Source: Candidatus Hydrogenedentota bacterium (GTDB lineage: Bacteria; Hydrogenedentota; Hydrogenedentia; Hydrogenedentales; CAILVY01). From it: a stretch of DNA of 64,000 bases. The position numbers and the translations under genes are program-made. Numbering within the stretch: the first letter of the stretch is position 1; every line of letters begins with the position of its first letter. The stretch is from NCBI GenBank assembly GCA_029565395.1, contig JAKQOG010000069.1, forward strand, positions 14,322 to 78,321, given 5' to 3'. The notes under the pieces were generated by a model. The model worked only from the letters and a program-made list of their open reading frames with translations, was not told the DNA's origin and made no database searches. This document shows positions 34,949 to 45,958 of this stretch, in pieces.

Positions 34949-37449
34949 TGGGACGTTTTGGCCAGAAAAAACAGCGCGCAGGCACCTTCGCCCAGCGTTT
35001 GGGCGCGGATCCCGGGCCGCCTGTTACACCGGGAACCCATACACGCAAGCAATATCTGATTGCGGTTATAGCACTGGTTGTTTTGACGCTTGCCTTAACC
35101 CGCGAGCCCAAACGGGAAAGCATTATTGCCGAGGATATTGACACTTCCAAGATTTCCGAGACGGAAATTCGGGCGGATTTTTATTTTGAGAGCGTGGATA
35201 TATTGGCCACCAAAGAAGCGCGTGACGCCGCGATGGCCAAAGTGCCGTCCTATTATGGCGTGGAGCGCGAGCAGGAGCAGAACCAACTCCGTTTGTTGCG
35301 CAAACGGATTGAGTTGGTAAATGCGGAACGTGAGAATGTCTCGAAAGCAGTGTTGGAAGCGTTGTACGCTTCCACTTCTGATCAGACGGTGGAGTCCATC
35401 GTGTCTGTGACGGTGGCGGGCAGTGTCAACAAGTTAAAGGAAAATCCGGAGTGGGCGGCGTTGCCTGAGGCGCCGGCGCTTGCGTTATGGTTAACCCCGG
35501 ATCTTCATTCGTTGCCGCAACGGCAATTTGCACCGCCGCCTGTGAAACATGGGAAAGCTCAAGTCGCGGAAGCGCCTCAAACCGTAACCTCTCTTTCTCC
35601 TGCCGAACCCGTTCGGCTGGTATTTACGTATGGAGACCGCTTGAATGACATAGCGGTGGAGAGTCTGGAATATGTATTGTCGCAGGGGGTACGCAATCCC
35701 GCCGAACAAGCGGAACCTTCCCGCCGGGTGGTTATATTGCGGGATGCGCCCGTGCTCGATCAGCAGGTGAGCAGTGAGATTCAATGGGCGGATGTCCCCG
35801 GGCCGGAAGAAGCGGAAGAGATTTTGAGTGAACGATTGCTGGACATGGCCAAACAAGCGGCGCAGGATACCGAGGAACCTGCTGGCTGGGCGAAACTTCA
35901 TGATGCGGCATTTGCCATGGCCAGGGCATGTCTTTCGCCCACATTACGGTATGACGCGGTGTATACCGCCGGCGCCCGGGAACGTGCGCGGGAGAGCGTA
36001 CAGCCTGTTTTGCGGAAGATTGAGGCAGGGGAGATTATTCAGGATCGCGGCCGCCGTTGGACGGAACAATCCCGCAGCGATGTGAAAACCTATCTTGAGC
36101 TTCTCCAGAGTGAAAAAAAGCCCAGCCAGCGTGTGTTTAGCATGGCTGTATCTAACATGATTATTATCATGCTGGCGCTGTTTTGCCTATACCGCTCGGC
36201 GGCGCTTACGCCGGGCATGGAGCCGGAGGAGTTAACCTTACAAACGAATCTTGCCCTGCTGCTGATGTGTGCGATGCTTATCGCCGGGCGAATTGTGTCG
36301 TATTTTGAACCGAGTGGTTTTATTCTGCCCGTGGCGGCGGCGGGCATATTATTCGCGATCCTGGTGAATGTGCGGATTGCCGCCATGATGAGCTTTTTAA
36401 CGGCGGCGCTGGTATCGGTGCAGTACGGATATGATTGGCGGCTGATGGTGGTGGGCAGCGCCATGTCACTGGCGGGGGTTCTCAGCATCTTCAAGGTTCG
36501 CCGCCGCAGCGATATGGCGGGCGCTTCGCTTAAGGCCATGGCAGTGGGGCTGTTGGCCATCACGGCGGTCTCACTCGCCTCGGATTCGCTGTTAAATGAG
36601 GCTGTCGTGCGCCGCCTTTCACTTATAGGGTTGAATGGGTTTTTATGCCTGTTGATCGTGCCGGGGCTGTTATCGCCGCTCGAACGGCTTTTTAAGCTCA
36701 CGACGGACATTCAGTTGTTGGAATATTCCGATTTGAACAATGAAGTCATGAGCCAATTGGCCATGAAAGCGCCTGCCACCTATGCGCACAGCCTGATGCT
36801 GGGGCAGTTGGCGGAAGCCGCGGCGGATGCTATTGGCGCGAATGGGCTGCTGGCGCGGGTCTGCGCGTATTATCATGATATCGGCAAGATGTTGCGTTCG
36901 GAATATTATTCGGAAAATCAAAATGGCTATAACATACATGATGAATTATCGCCGCGCATGAGTGCGCGGGCAATTGCGGCGCATGTGGTGCAGGGAGCAG
37001 AGATGGCGCGGGAATTCCATCTTCCCAAGCCCATCATAGATGGCATCTGTGAACATCATGGGACGTGCCGGATCGGATTTTTTTATCAACAAGCGCTCGA
37101 TCAGCAGAAGCATGGTGATGTCCGGGAGGAGGATTTCCGGTATCCCGGGCCCAAGCCGCAGCGTCCGGAAACGGCTATTCTGATGATATGCGATGCCGTG
37201 GAATCCGGGGTCCGCTCCATCAAGAACGCCAATCAGGAACGGGTTCGCGAATTTGTGGACAAAATCATTTCAGCCCGCGCGGCGGACCGGCAATTTGATG
37301 ACTGCAATTTGACGCTCAAGCAATTGGACACGATTGCGGAAGTGGTTTCGCGCAGGATAATGTCGAATCTGCATACGCGTTTGGCGTATCCTGAGCCCGC
37401 GCCGGAGAAGGTCACAAATGTAATTGCCATGCCGGGAGGTGTCGAATGA
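34945..37449 (+). CDS. 7TM receptor with an intracellular HD hydrolase domain (YqfF/PgpH-like)
   Basis: N-terminal extracellular region, a 7-TM block, and the HD motif CAYYHDIGKM in the C-terminal domain. Its position between phoH and ybeY is the conserved one. Confidence 0.85.
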   Translation: MMGRFGQKKQRAGTFAQRLGADPGPPVTPGTHTRKQYLIAVIALVVLTLALTREPKRESIIAEDIDTSKISETEIRADFYFESVDILATKEARDAAMAKVPSYYGVEREQEQNQLRLLRKRIELVNAERENVSKAVLEALYASTSDQTVESIVSVTVAGSVNKLKENPEWAALPEAPALALWLTPDLHSLPQRQFAPPPVKHGKAQVAEAPQTVTSLSPAEPVRLVFTYGDRLNDIAVESLEYVLSQGVRNPAEQAEPSRRVVILRDAPVLDQQVSSEIQWADVPGPEEAEEILSERLLDMAKQAAQDTEEPAGWAKLHDAAFAMARACLSPTLRYDAVYTAGARERARESVQPVLRKIEAGEIIQDRGRRWTEQSRSDVKTYLELLQSEKKPSQRVFSMAVSNMIIIMLALFCLYRSAALTPGMEPEELTLQTNLALLLMCAMLIAGRIVSYFEPSGFILPVAAAGILFAILVNVRIAAMMSFLTAALVSVQYGYDWRLMVVGSAMSLAGVLSIFKVRRRSDMAGASLKAMAVGLLAITAVSLASDSLLNEAVVRRLSLIGLNGFLCLLIVPGLLSPLERLFKLTTDIQLLEYSDLNNEVMSQLAMKAPATYAHSLMLGQLAEAAADAIGANGLLARVCAYYHDIGKMLRSEYYSENQNGYNIHDELSPRMSARAIAAHVVQGAEMAREFHLPKPIIDGICEHHGTCRIGFFYQQALDQQKHGDVREEDFRYPGPKPQRPETAILMICDAVESGVRSIKNANQERVREFVDKIISARAADRQFDDCNLTLKQLDTIAEVVSRRIMSNLHTRLAYPEPAPEKVTNVIAMPGGVE

Positions 37450-37904
37450 TTCATTTAGCCATGCGAAACGAATCCAAACGGAAAGGGTCGTCCCTGTATC
37501 GCCGGGATGAACTGACGCATTTGGCCGAACGGATATGCCGTGGTGAAGGCATGACAACGGAATCCGAACTTAGTTTGTTGTTATGCGACGATCCCTGTAT
37601 TCAGGAACTCAACCGCACCTATTGCGGCGTGAACGCCGCCACGGATGTGCTTGCTTTTTCACAGTCGTGGAAGAGACCGCAGGGAGTGCCGGTGTTAGGG
37701 GATATTGTCATTTCGTTGGAAACGGTGGATAGGTTCTGCGAAAGCGATCGCCGCGCCATGCACGATGAGGTGCGGCTGTTGTTTTGTCATGGTCTCTTGC
37801 ATTTGCTGGGCCATACGCATGACTCGAAGAAGGGGCGGCAACACATGTTGGAGAAACAGGCGCTTTACTTGTTTCGCGATCTGGAGTCCTCGTGGCACTG
37901 GTGA
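37446..37904 (+). CDS. ybeY: Endoribonuclease YbeY (rRNA maturation factor)
   Basis: HGLLHLLGHTHD zinc-binding motif. 152 aa. Overlaps the upstream gene by 4 nt. Confidence 0.9.
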   Translation: MIHLAMRNESKRKGSSLYRRDELTHLAERICRGEGMTTESELSLLLCDDPCIQELNRTYCGVNAATDVLAFSQSWKRPQGVPVLGDIVISLETVDRFCESDRRAMHDEVRLLFCHGLLHLLGHTHDSKKGRQHMLEKQALYLFRDLESSWHW

Positions 37905-38004
37905 TTGGGGGGTAGCCTCCCTTCTGGTGCGGATCCGGAGAGCAGGATGCTCCATGGTCCGGTTCAAACAGGAGTATGTTCAGTATTCAAAAGTCGGGTG
38001 ATAT

Positions 38005-39426
38005 ATGAGGCGAATGAGATCCGGAAGAAGATATTCCGGCCGATGGGCGTCTCCATGGATATGTATTATGGCCGGGTGCGGGATGGCCTTTGCCGGGACG
38101 GAATCTCTGCCTTCGGCTTCTGGCTGGGCTAAAATTCTTACGCCGGAGATTTGGGCCGCAACCCTGGTCTTTTTGATGTGTTCCGCGTTTTTCTCCGCTA
38201 CAGAACTGGCGTTTTTCTCGCTGCATCAATTGCGTCTCCGCAGCATGCGCGAAAGCACGCATGTTCTGGATAGGCTGGTGGCGCGGCTTATGGAACACCC
38301 CAGCAACCTGCTTATTACAATTTTGATGGGGAACTGTGTTGTGAATGTTGGATTAGGCGTGGTGTTTGGCGGGCGGGTAGAGCAGGCTTTCCAAGCCAAC
38401 CTTCCAGTTCCCGATGCGGTTTCGTATGCCCTGGCGGTGTTTTGTTGCACGGCGGTTGTATTGTTTTTTGGCGAGATTACCCCAAAGATCGCCGTAGTTT
38501 ATTTCAGCGAGCCGTATGCGCGGACCGCGGCGGTTCCCATTTTTATCATTGATCGCGTACTCTCCCCCCTGCGTGCGGCGATCATTCAATTTGTAGCGTT
38601 TTTATTTAGGATCACCCTTTTCAGCCAGGTGCGTCCGGCGCCCTTTATGACCGATGAGGAATTTTTGTCCCTCTTGTCTGAAGTAGAAGCCACGGGCGTA
38701 ATTGAAGAAGACGAACGTTTTATGATCCAGGGGATCATGAAGTTTAGCGATGTCACCGTGGCGGACGTGCTCACCCCGCGTCCGGATATGGTGGCCTTGC
38801 CCGCGGAGGCGAGCGTTCGTGAGGCGCTGGAACAGCTTCGCACCCATGAATATGCCAGGGTTCCCGTCTATGAAGGGGATTTGGACCACATTGCGGGGAT
38901 CTTATTTGCCAAGGAATTGCTGCCCAAGGTGATTTGCGAGCATTTCGATGATCCGATCCGGCCCTTGCTGCGCAAGGCTCATTTTGTGCCGCATACAATG
39001 AGTTGCGCTGATTTTCTGAAAACCGCGCAACGGTTGCGGGCGCATATCGCCATTGTGGTGGATGAATTTGGAGGCACGGAAGGGCTGGTGACATTGCAGG
39101 ACGCCGTGCGTGAGGTGGTGGGGGACGTGGGGGAGGATGCCGAGGAAGCAGAACACCTGTATTCGGAAATTCAGCCGGGGGTATATCGCTTGGATGGACG
39201 GCTGCCCTTGGATGAATTGGAACAGTTGACGGGCAAGTCCGTGGAGGATGATGAGCATGCAACCGTGGCGGGATTTCTGATGAAGCAGGCGGACAAAGTG
39301 CCCGCCCCCGGGGACAAAATCAAGCATGATGGCGTGTTGTATGTGATAGAAGAGGTTCGGGGCAAGCGTATTGCCCAGGTGCGGATGCAGGCGCCCATGA
39401 ACGCGAAGAAAGGAGTGGGCGCATGA
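38005..39426 (+). CDS. CNNM/CorC-family transporter (DUF21 + tandem CBS + CorC_HlyC)
   Basis: N-terminal 4-TM DUF21, then CBS pair and a C-terminal transporter-associated domain. Sits in the phoH-ybeY-corC arrangement. Confidence 0.85.
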   Translation: MRRMRSGRRYSGRWASPWICIMAGCGMAFAGTESLPSASGWAKILTPEIWAATLVFLMCSAFFSATELAFFSLHQLRLRSMRESTHVLDRLVARLMEHPSNLLITILMGNCVVNVGLGVVFGGRVEQAFQANLPVPDAVSYALAVFCCTAVVLFFGEITPKIAVVYFSEPYARTAAVPIFIIDRVLSPLRAAIIQFVAFLFRITLFSQVRPAPFMTDEEFLSLLSEVEATGVIEEDERFMIQGIMKFSDVTVADVLTPRPDMVALPAEASVREALEQLRTHEYARVPVYEGDLDHIAGILFAKELLPKVICEHFDDPIRPLLRKAHFVPHTMSCADFLKTAQRLRAHIAIVVDEFGGTEGLVTLQDAVREVVGDVGEDAEEAEHLYSEIQPGVYRLDGRLPLDELEQLTGKSVEDDEHATVAGFLMKQADKVPAPGDKIKHDGVLYVIEEVRGKRIAQVRMQAPMNAKKGVGA

Positions 39427-40715
39427 ATTCCGTGGGCATTCTACTCCTTGTTTTTTGGGTGGCGTTGTTGTTTAACGCTTTTTTTGCGGGGTATGAGACG
39501 GGTTTTGTGTCGTGTAATCCCATCCGGGTCCGTCATCTCGCGCAAAAGAAAAATCACCCCAACGCCCAACGCCTTCTGAACTATCTGAATCAACCGGACC
39601 GTATGATCATTCTGGTGTTGCTGGGCACGAATCTGGCCATGATTGCGGCGACTATCGCCGTAACGCGGTTAACGCGTGACCTGGGACCCTGGTGGGCTTC
39701 GCTGATTGTTACCCCGGCCATATTGGTGTTTGGTGAAATCGTGCCGAAGAGCATGTTTCGATCTCATCCCACCCGGCTTTCTCTTGCATTCACTCCCGTG
39801 ATTCATTTTTTCGATCGTCTGTTCGCGCCGGTAGTAGTGCCTATTGCGTGGGTTTTACAGCGGTTTCTGGCATTCAAGAAGAATGATCGGCAGGGGATGC
39901 GAGTGTTGATGCGTTCGCCGGAAGACATGCGGGTGCTTGTGGACGAGAGTGCGGACCGGGGCGCGATTGCGCAAGAAGAAAAGGAGATGATCCATTCTGT
40001 CATGGATCTTCAGAAACAGTACGCCAAGGAGGTGATGGTTCCCCGTATTGATATCCAGGCGCTTCCGGAAGACGCCACGAAAAATGAATTGGAAGCTTTC
40101 CTGATGGATTGCGGCTATACCCGCGTTCCGATCTACCGGGATACCGTAGATGAGATCATCGGGGTGATTAACGCCTTTGATGTTTTGAAAGACACACAAC
40201 CGGAGAATACGGATATTCAGCGGTTTATACGGCCTGTCATGCACGTAACGGACACGATGCCGCTGGATGATTTATTGCAGGCGATGCGCGATGAAAAACA
40301 ATCCGTGGCGATTGTCATGGATGAGTATGGAGGGACAGACGGCCTGGTAACCCTGGAGGATATTCTGGAGGAAATTTTCGGCGAGATACACGATGAATAT
40401 GACGATGAAGCGCCTTCTATCCGCAAGGCCGGCCCTAACACGTATGTGATTGAGACCCGGATGCCGCTGGAAGACGCCGCAGATTACCTGGGAATCGAAA
40501 TAAGCGACGAGGATGTTGAAACCGTTGGGGGCTGGGTGATGCACGTAGCCCGCTGTATCCCGCAAAAGGGCGATGTCATCGAACATGGCCGGTTCAGAAT
40601 TACCGTGTTGGAAGGCGGCCCTAGTTTTATCTCTGCAATACGGCTGGAGATTTTGCCGGCGGGCGGGAATGCGGTTTCCCCGCCCGTTGAAACAAATTCC
40701 AAACCGGCTCCGTAA
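39423..40715 (+). CDS. Second CNNM/CorC-family transporter (DUF21 + CBS + CorC_HlyC)
   Basis: Same architecture. ILVFGEIVPK and IVMDEYGGTDGLVTLEDILEEIFGEI blocks. Overlaps the upstream paralog by 4 nt. Confidence 0.85.
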   Translation: MNSVGILLLVFWVALLFNAFFAGYETGFVSCNPIRVRHLAQKKNHPNAQRLLNYLNQPDRMIILVLLGTNLAMIAATIAVTRLTRDLGPWWASLIVTPAILVFGEIVPKSMFRSHPTRLSLAFTPVIHFFDRLFAPVVVPIAWVLQRFLAFKKNDRQGMRVLMRSPEDMRVLVDESADRGAIAQEEKEMIHSVMDLQKQYAKEVMVPRIDIQALPEDATKNELEAFLMDCGYTRVPIYRDTVDEIIGVINAFDVLKDTQPENTDIQRFIRPVMHVTDTMPLDDLLQAMRDEKQSVAIVMDEYGGTDGLVTLEDILEEIFGEIHDEYDDEAPSIRKAGPNTYVIETRMPLEDAADYLGIEISDEDVETVGGWVMHVARCIPQKGDVIEHGRFRITVLEGGPSFISAIRLEILPAGGNAVSPPVETNSKPAP

Positions 40716-40735
40716 ATCGCTGGTTTTCCGGTTCT

Positions 40736-41266
40736 TTATTCGAGCCAGCGTTCCACTTCAAACATCCCTCCGACGCCGAAGGGTTGTACACCCGCCAGCA
40801 GAATGACCAAGGACCAATTCCCGGCGTAGGTGTCCATCAAGTTATCGTTATCCGTGGTGACTCCCTGACCGCCGAGCATGAGTATGGCGCAGGCGCCTGT
40901 TCCGCATCCTCCTGAGAACAAGGTGAGCCGCCCGTCATCGGCCAAGAGTCCGGAAACATTCACTTTGGATGCCGGAAGTTCGGTGATGCGGTCTGGAACA
41001 TCGAGGCAGCTATAATCAATTTCCACCCATCCTTTTACCGCATGATCACCGGGATAAGAAGCGGTCAGGGTTTGCTCCAGATGCAGGGTCAAGGGACATT
41101 CAATTCGTTGTATCTCTTCCGATTCATCCACGAGGCCGGACCATGTTCCTTTGTACAGGCCCGTGGTGTCAAAGGGCGGCTTGGGCCATTGAGGGCATTG
41201 CGTTTGTCCCAGGGTTAACACCGCCGCCACTACACAAAACATCAGGATAAAAAGTTTCGAGCGCAT
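40736..41266 (-). CDS. Hypothetical secreted protein
   Basis: N-terminal signal peptide MRSKLFILMFCVVAAVLTLG. 176 aa. No recognisable motif. Confidence 0.4.
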   Translation of the reverse strand: MRSKLFILMFCVVAAVLTLGQTQCPQWPKPPFDTTGLYKGTWSGLVDESEEIQRIECPLTLHLEQTLTASYPGDHAVKGWVEIDYSCLDVPDRITELPASKVNVSGLLADDGRLTLFSGGCGTGACAILMLGGQGVTTDNDNLMDTYAGNWSLVILLAGVQPFGVGGMFEVERWLE

Positions 41267-41437
41267 GACGAGATCTCCTGTCGGTTATTACTTCCCTCGG
41301 GCAACTTCCTACTTTAGAATACCACAAGAAAGGCCTGGTGTTACCGAGTTTTGCAAGGGGGCAATTGCCGACAAGTAATGCAAGCGACAATTTTGTTGCA
41401 ATGATGTACACTGACAGGAAATGAAAAGGAGGAGGTT

Positions 41438-43102
41438 ATGCGCTGGTTTGTTATTTGTTCGGTGGCATTTTTATTTGGAGAGGCGGCTTGGGCGGGGGGA
41501 AGTCTTCAGGTTTGGCTGGTGGATCCATTGGAGAAGGTGTTTAAGGATGCCCAGCCGGGCAACGAGGGCACAGTGATTGCGGAGGTGGCCCGGGGCGAGA
41601 GTGCCACGCTTCAGGCCGTGGTGCGTGCCGATAAATCTGTCACGGGATTGCGTGCGGATCTTGCCATGATGACGCGGCGCTGGGGTCATGAAACGCTGCC
41701 TTCCGGCACGACACGTTTTGTGGGATATGTGCCGGTGGACCGGCCCACGCAGAATCCGTCAAACGATCAGCTTCGCGTGCCGCCCGCGGAGTATCCGGAT
41801 CCGTTGTTGGAGGAGGATTCCCTTGATGTGTCTGCGAACCAGGCACAACCCATTTGGATCACAATCCCCATTCCGGAAGAGGCCATGCCCGGGTTGTATA
41901 TTGGAAAACTGACCGTTACGGGAACTGCGGGGGAACAGACCGTATCCGTCACACAGCGGCTTAAGGTTCGTGTGTACAGGGCTGTTGCGGGCCGCTCCAG
42001 ATTATGGGTCACGGATTGGTTCGCCATGCACTGGCCGCATATGGCGATATCGCCGCAGCCGGAGTCGGAGGAATATTATTCTCTGTTGCGCCGCTATGCG
42101 CGGAATTTGGCGGAGCATCGGCACACCGTGGCCTTGATTTCGCCGATAGGATTAATGAACGTGTCGGTGGACGGCAATAGCAATTTTTCATTTGATTTTT
42201 CCCGGTTTGACCGATGGGTTCAGATTTTCAAGGAGGAGGGAGTTATTGGCCGGATCGAAGGGGGGCATATCGGCGGGAGAAAAGGCGGCTGGGAATCGGA
42301 TTTTGTGGTGACGGCCTGGCAGGTGAAGGATGGCGGGGCGGTGCGTGTCAGTGTGGATCCTGATAGTCAGGGAGCCGAAACGTTTTATGCACAGTTTTTC
42401 CCGGCGCTGGTGGCGCATCTGAAGGAGAAAGGATGGCTGGACATTTATATGCAGCATCTGGCCGATGAGCCGATTGCCTCAAATGTGAGCAGCTATAAAG
42501 CGATGGCAAAGCTCGCTCGTACGCATGCCCCGGAATTGCGCATCATTGAAGCCTGCCACACGAAAGACATTACGGGCGCCATTGACATTTGGGTGCCCCA
42601 GCTTAATTATCTGCGTGACAGTTTCGGCCATTATCAAGAACGTCAGCAGAAGGGAGAGGAGGTGTGGTTTTATACCTGTGTGTTTCCCCAGGGCGAATAT
42701 GCGAACCGGTTTATCGAACTGCCGCTTATCAAGACCCGGCTTTTGCACTGGATCAATTTCCGCTACGGTGTCACCGGATATCTGCATTGGGGCTATAATC
42801 ATTGGACGGCGGAGAGTCCCTTTACACACACGACGCGGCCTCATGGCGGCCCGCCTTACCTGCCGGCGGGCGATGCCTGGATTGTGTATCCCGGAAAAGA
42901 GGGGCCTCTGGATTCCATCCGTTTTGAAGCCATGCGCGATGGCATCGCAGATTATGAATTGTTATGTCTGTTGAAAGAGCGCGATCCTGCTGCGGCGCAA
43001 CGCCTTGTTGAAAAACACATCCTTGATTTTAATCGCTATGACACCAGCATCAGGAATTTTCGGGCGGCCCGCCATAAATTATTGCGATTGCTCAGCCGGT
43101 AA
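41438..43102 (+). CDS. Hypothetical secreted protein (possibly glycoside-hydrolase-like)
   Basis: Signal peptide MRWFVICSVAFLFGEAAWA. 554 aa, Trp/Tyr-rich. The assignment is by loose resemblance only. Confidence 0.35.
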   Translation: MRWFVICSVAFLFGEAAWAGGSLQVWLVDPLEKVFKDAQPGNEGTVIAEVARGESATLQAVVRADKSVTGLRADLAMMTRRWGHETLPSGTTRFVGYVPVDRPTQNPSNDQLRVPPAEYPDPLLEEDSLDVSANQAQPIWITIPIPEEAMPGLYIGKLTVTGTAGEQTVSVTQRLKVRVYRAVAGRSRLWVTDWFAMHWPHMAISPQPESEEYYSLLRRYARNLAEHRHTVALISPIGLMNVSVDGNSNFSFDFSRFDRWVQIFKEEGVIGRIEGGHIGGRKGGWESDFVVTAWQVKDGGAVRVSVDPDSQGAETFYAQFFPALVAHLKEKGWLDIYMQHLADEPIASNVSSYKAMAKLARTHAPELRIIEACHTKDITGAIDIWVPQLNYLRDSFGHYQERQQKGEEVWFYTCVFPQGEYANRFIELPLIKTRLLHWINFRYGVTGYLHWGYNHWTAESPFTHTTRPHGGPPYLPAGDAWIVYPGKEGPLDSIRFEAMRDGIADYELLCLLKERDPAAAQRLVEKHILDFNRYDTSIRNFRAARHKLLRLLSR

Positions 43103-43147
43103 TTAGCCATGCAATTGTTTTCGCAAATGCCTCTTAGTGTATTCCTG

Positions 43148-45958
43148 TCACAGCGGGCAGAATCCGTCCTCGGTGGATTTTTCCGGACACCAGAAATATC
43201 CGCCGGAATTGTAGAATTGGATCATGCGCAAGAGTTCGGTGACGTTAATCCGCCAATCCTGCGTGTTGAAGTCGCTATCGTGCGGAGGACAGGTTTCAGT
43301 CCCTGAACCGGGCGCATATCCGTCTTCTGAACCGGGCTGACAATGAAGAGCGCCGGAGTTATAAAATTGGATGACGCGCAGCAATTCGGAAACGCTGATG
43401 TGAAAATCGCCATCTTGGTCCGCGGCATGAATGATTTCCAATTCTTCTCCCTCGAACACGCCCTCTCCTTCGAGTGGCATGCCTTCCAGTTCACCTTCCC
43501 CGCCTTCACTTCCGCCTTCGGCGGAACCTTCGGGCATGCCTTCGGCTTGCCCTTCGGCTTCTCCGCCTTCACTTCCGCCTTCGGCGGAACCTTCGGGCAT
43601 GCCTTCGGCTTGCCCTTCGGCTTCTCCTTCTTCTTCCCCGCCTTCACTTCCGCCTTCTGCTGAACCTTCGGGCATGCCTTCGGCTTGCCCTTCGGCTTCT
43701 CCTTCTTCTTCCCCGCCTTCACTTCCGCCTTCGGCGGAACCTTCGGGCTGCCCTTCGGCTTCTCCTTCTTCTTCTCCGCCTTCACTTCCGCCTTCGGCGG
43801 AACCTTCGGGCATACCTTCGGCTTGCCCTTCGGCCTCTCCTTCTTCTCCCTCGCCTTCCTGTGAAAAACCTTCAAATTCTCCTTCTATGCCGCCTTCCCC
43901 TTCTTCTGGTTCCCCTTCCGTGGCAAAGCCTTCTTCTTCGCCTTCGCCGATTTCTCCTTCCATGCCGCCTTCCCCTTCCAATACGCCTTCCGATTCACCT
44001 TCAGCGGTGAAGGTCTCCGCGAAATAGTGCAGAAGGCCCGCGGAATACCGGATGCATTCCGGCAATAATTCCCGGGCATAAATATCGAGCAGACTGTCGC
44101 CTACCGTAAATTCAGTGTTTTTTAGCCGGTTATTGTCGAAGTTGCAGGGTTGAAAACAGGTGCTGCCGTCGCGGAGGTTTTCAACATACACTTTTCCCGC
44201 GGTGAATTCGTTTCCGTCCTGCATATAGGTGGTGAAATTGCCGTCCGCGGGCCACCACTCATCATCACCCAGATCGAACAAGGGGTTTGGATCGTATTCT
44301 CCCACCAATTTATTGTTGCGATCTTTCAAGGTCCAGCGGGTGTCTTCAAACCATCCGTCATGATAGGCCAGTTTGAACATGCGGCCCAGATCGTGATCCA
44401 GCCAATCCTCCTGTTCATCCGGATCATCCACGAGAATGGCGTCGTGGGCGGCCAGGGCGTAGGAATAATCCGCCATGTTTTGGAGGAAATTCTCGATGGA
44501 CGGATTCTCCGGCAGCACGGGCTCCAGTCCCTCCGCCGGCATGGATAATCCGTTCTGTTCCATTTCCTCCAGCCAAAGTTCAAAATCATCCCCGGCAGAG
44601 TCCAGGTGATTATCCACATGGCTGTGTGCGGGCACGCTCATATCTTGCAGCAAATGCAATACCTGGCCTAGCAGGTGATATCCTGCGTTGTATCCGAGAA
44701 GGCTGTTTTCCGCAAAGGCGGCTTCCGCTTTGTTCCAATGTTCAATGGCGCTTTGCACTGCGGTATTCTGTATGCCGGGATCACATGCATAGATGGGAAT
44801 ATGCGGCAATCCCGCGCCTGTATGGGCATTGAAAAAATGACGGTTTGCGCTTTGGCAGAGATCTCCCAATGAACAGGCGTTGTTGCCGCAATCCTGCAAG
44901 TCTTCTTCAAGAACGGCATCATGGACTTCTGTGTACGCGTCGCCTTGGTAAAAAAATACGTCATTGAACTGGTTCTGTTCCAACACCGAATAGGCGGCCT
45001 CGAAAAATGACTGATGCGTGGACCCCTGGAATTTAGTGAAGGCCTTTTCCGATCTGGGCACAAATATTTCTTGCCCCATGCGCCAACGGAGCAATTGTGC
45101 GGCGGCGCGCGCCGCAGGTCCGCTGGACTGGGCAATGCCGGTTAATGTTTCCTTTAGTGTAAGATCCGGTTCCTCCGCCATGGCTAATACAGCGCATTTT
45201 GCGGTATCGGGATCAGGATCGTTGACCAAGCCCAGCCAAATGGATTGCCGTGCCTTCGGATCCTTTACAAACTGGAGTTGTCTGCGGATTTGCGACAATC
45301 GCGCTTCCGCATGCCATGGAAAGTTGGGATCATTGGCTATTTTGTCCAAAACCACGCCTGTCTTGGAATCCGATAGATACCCTAAGCCGATGACTGCCAC
45401 CCGCTGCACAGAAAGTGTGCCGGTGCGTACCGATTGAAGTAATAGAGCGGTTCCCTGTGAATTACCCAAGGCGGCCAAGGCACAGGCGGCGGTTACACAC
45501 ACGCTAGGCCGGGCATCATGCAGGCAAGGGGAAATCAGGGCAGCATCTGCAATATCACCCCGTTCGCCCAGCGCCGCAAGGCATGCCCGCAATTCGGCGC
45601 CATGGCCCGATGCCTCGGCTTGTCTAAATGCATTTCGCATTTCCGGCAGCAATGATTTATCCCCGATGAAACGCAAGGCCTGGATGGCGTGCTCCCGCAC
45701 CCGTGGATCTGAATCATTTAATACGCCGGCGATTTCAGGCGCGGCAGCATGGGTCCGGGTTAACCGGAAGAAATCACACGCCAGACGTTTCTCTTCCTTG
45801 GCACCTGCATTAAGCAGTTCATACATCTGCCGTATCGCGCTTGCCCGATCTTCAAGAAGACTATCCATCAGGGCTTCTCCCGCAGGGGGAGAGGAGAACG
45901 TTGCGGATCCGGTGGAGGCTATTAGCACCCCAATGAAAACCTTACATAATCCTAACAA
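43148..45958 (-). CDS. Secreted protein: signal peptide, HEAT-repeat region, zinc-dependent phospholipase C-like domain, long Gly-Glu repeat linker, C-terminal tandem atypical dockerin-like module
   Basis: HEAT-like repeats ([21 protein letters not shown]). The H-x-x-x-D...P-x-H motif [19 protein letters not shown] is of the Zn-PLC type. The linker has about 4 copies of [25 protein letters not shown]. The C-terminus has [35 protein letters not shown] and [33 protein letters not shown]. Confidence 0.7.
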   Translation of the reverse strand: MLGLCKVFIGVLIASTGSATFSSPPAGEALMDSLLEDRASAIRQMYELLNAGAKEEKRLACDFFRLTRTHAAAPEIAGVLNDSDPRVREHAIQALRFIGDKSLLPEMRNAFRQAEASGHGAELRACLAALGERGDIADAALISPCLHDARPSVCVTAACALAALGNSQGTALLLQSVRTGTLSVQRVAVIGLGYLSDSKTGVVLDKIANDPNFPWHAEARLSQIRRQLQFVKDPKARQSIWLGLVNDPDPDTAKCAVLAMAEEPDLTLKETLTGIAQSSGPAARAAAQLLRWRMGQEIFVPRSEKAFTKFQGSTHQSFFEAAYSVLEQNQFNDVFFYQGDAYTEVHDAVLEEDLQDCGNNACSLGDLCQSANRHFFNAHTGAGLPHIPIYACDPGIQNTAVQSAIEHWNKAEAAFAENSLLGYNAGYHLLGQVLHLLQDMSVPAHSHVDNHLDSAGDDFELWLEEMEQNGLSMPAEGLEPVLPENPSIENFLQNMADYSYALAAHDAILVDDPDEQEDWLDHDLGRMFKLAYHDGWFEDTRWTLKDRNNKLVGEYDPNPLFDLGDDEWWPADGNFTTYMQDGNEFTAGKVYVENLRDGSTCFQPCNFDNNRLKNTEFTVGDSLLDIYARELLPECIRYSAGLLHYFAETFTAEGESEGVLEGEGGMEGEIGEGEEEGFATEGEPEEGEGGIEGEFEGFSQEGEGEEGEAEGQAEGMPEGSAEGGSEGGEEEGEAEGQPEGSAEGGSEGGEEEGEAEGQAEGMPEGSAEGGSEGGEEEGEAEGQAEGMPEGSAEGGSEGGEAEGQAEGMPEGSAEGGSEGGEGELEGMPLEGEGVFEGEELEIIHAADQDGDFHISVSELLRVIQFYNSGALHCQPGSEDGYAPGSGTETCPPHDSDFNTQDWRINVTELLRMIQFYNSGGYFWCPEKSTEDGFCPL
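43431..44030. repeat. Tandem ~81-bp repeats (4-5 copies) plus GAAGGN-type hexanucleotide repeats that encode the Gly-Glu linker
   Basis: Near-identical units ...cttcacttccgccttcggcggaaccttcgggcatgccttcggcttgcccttcggcttctcc... (minus-strand coding). They produce the spurious plus-strand Pro/Ser ORFs 43431..44027 and 43474..44010. Confidence 0.75.
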
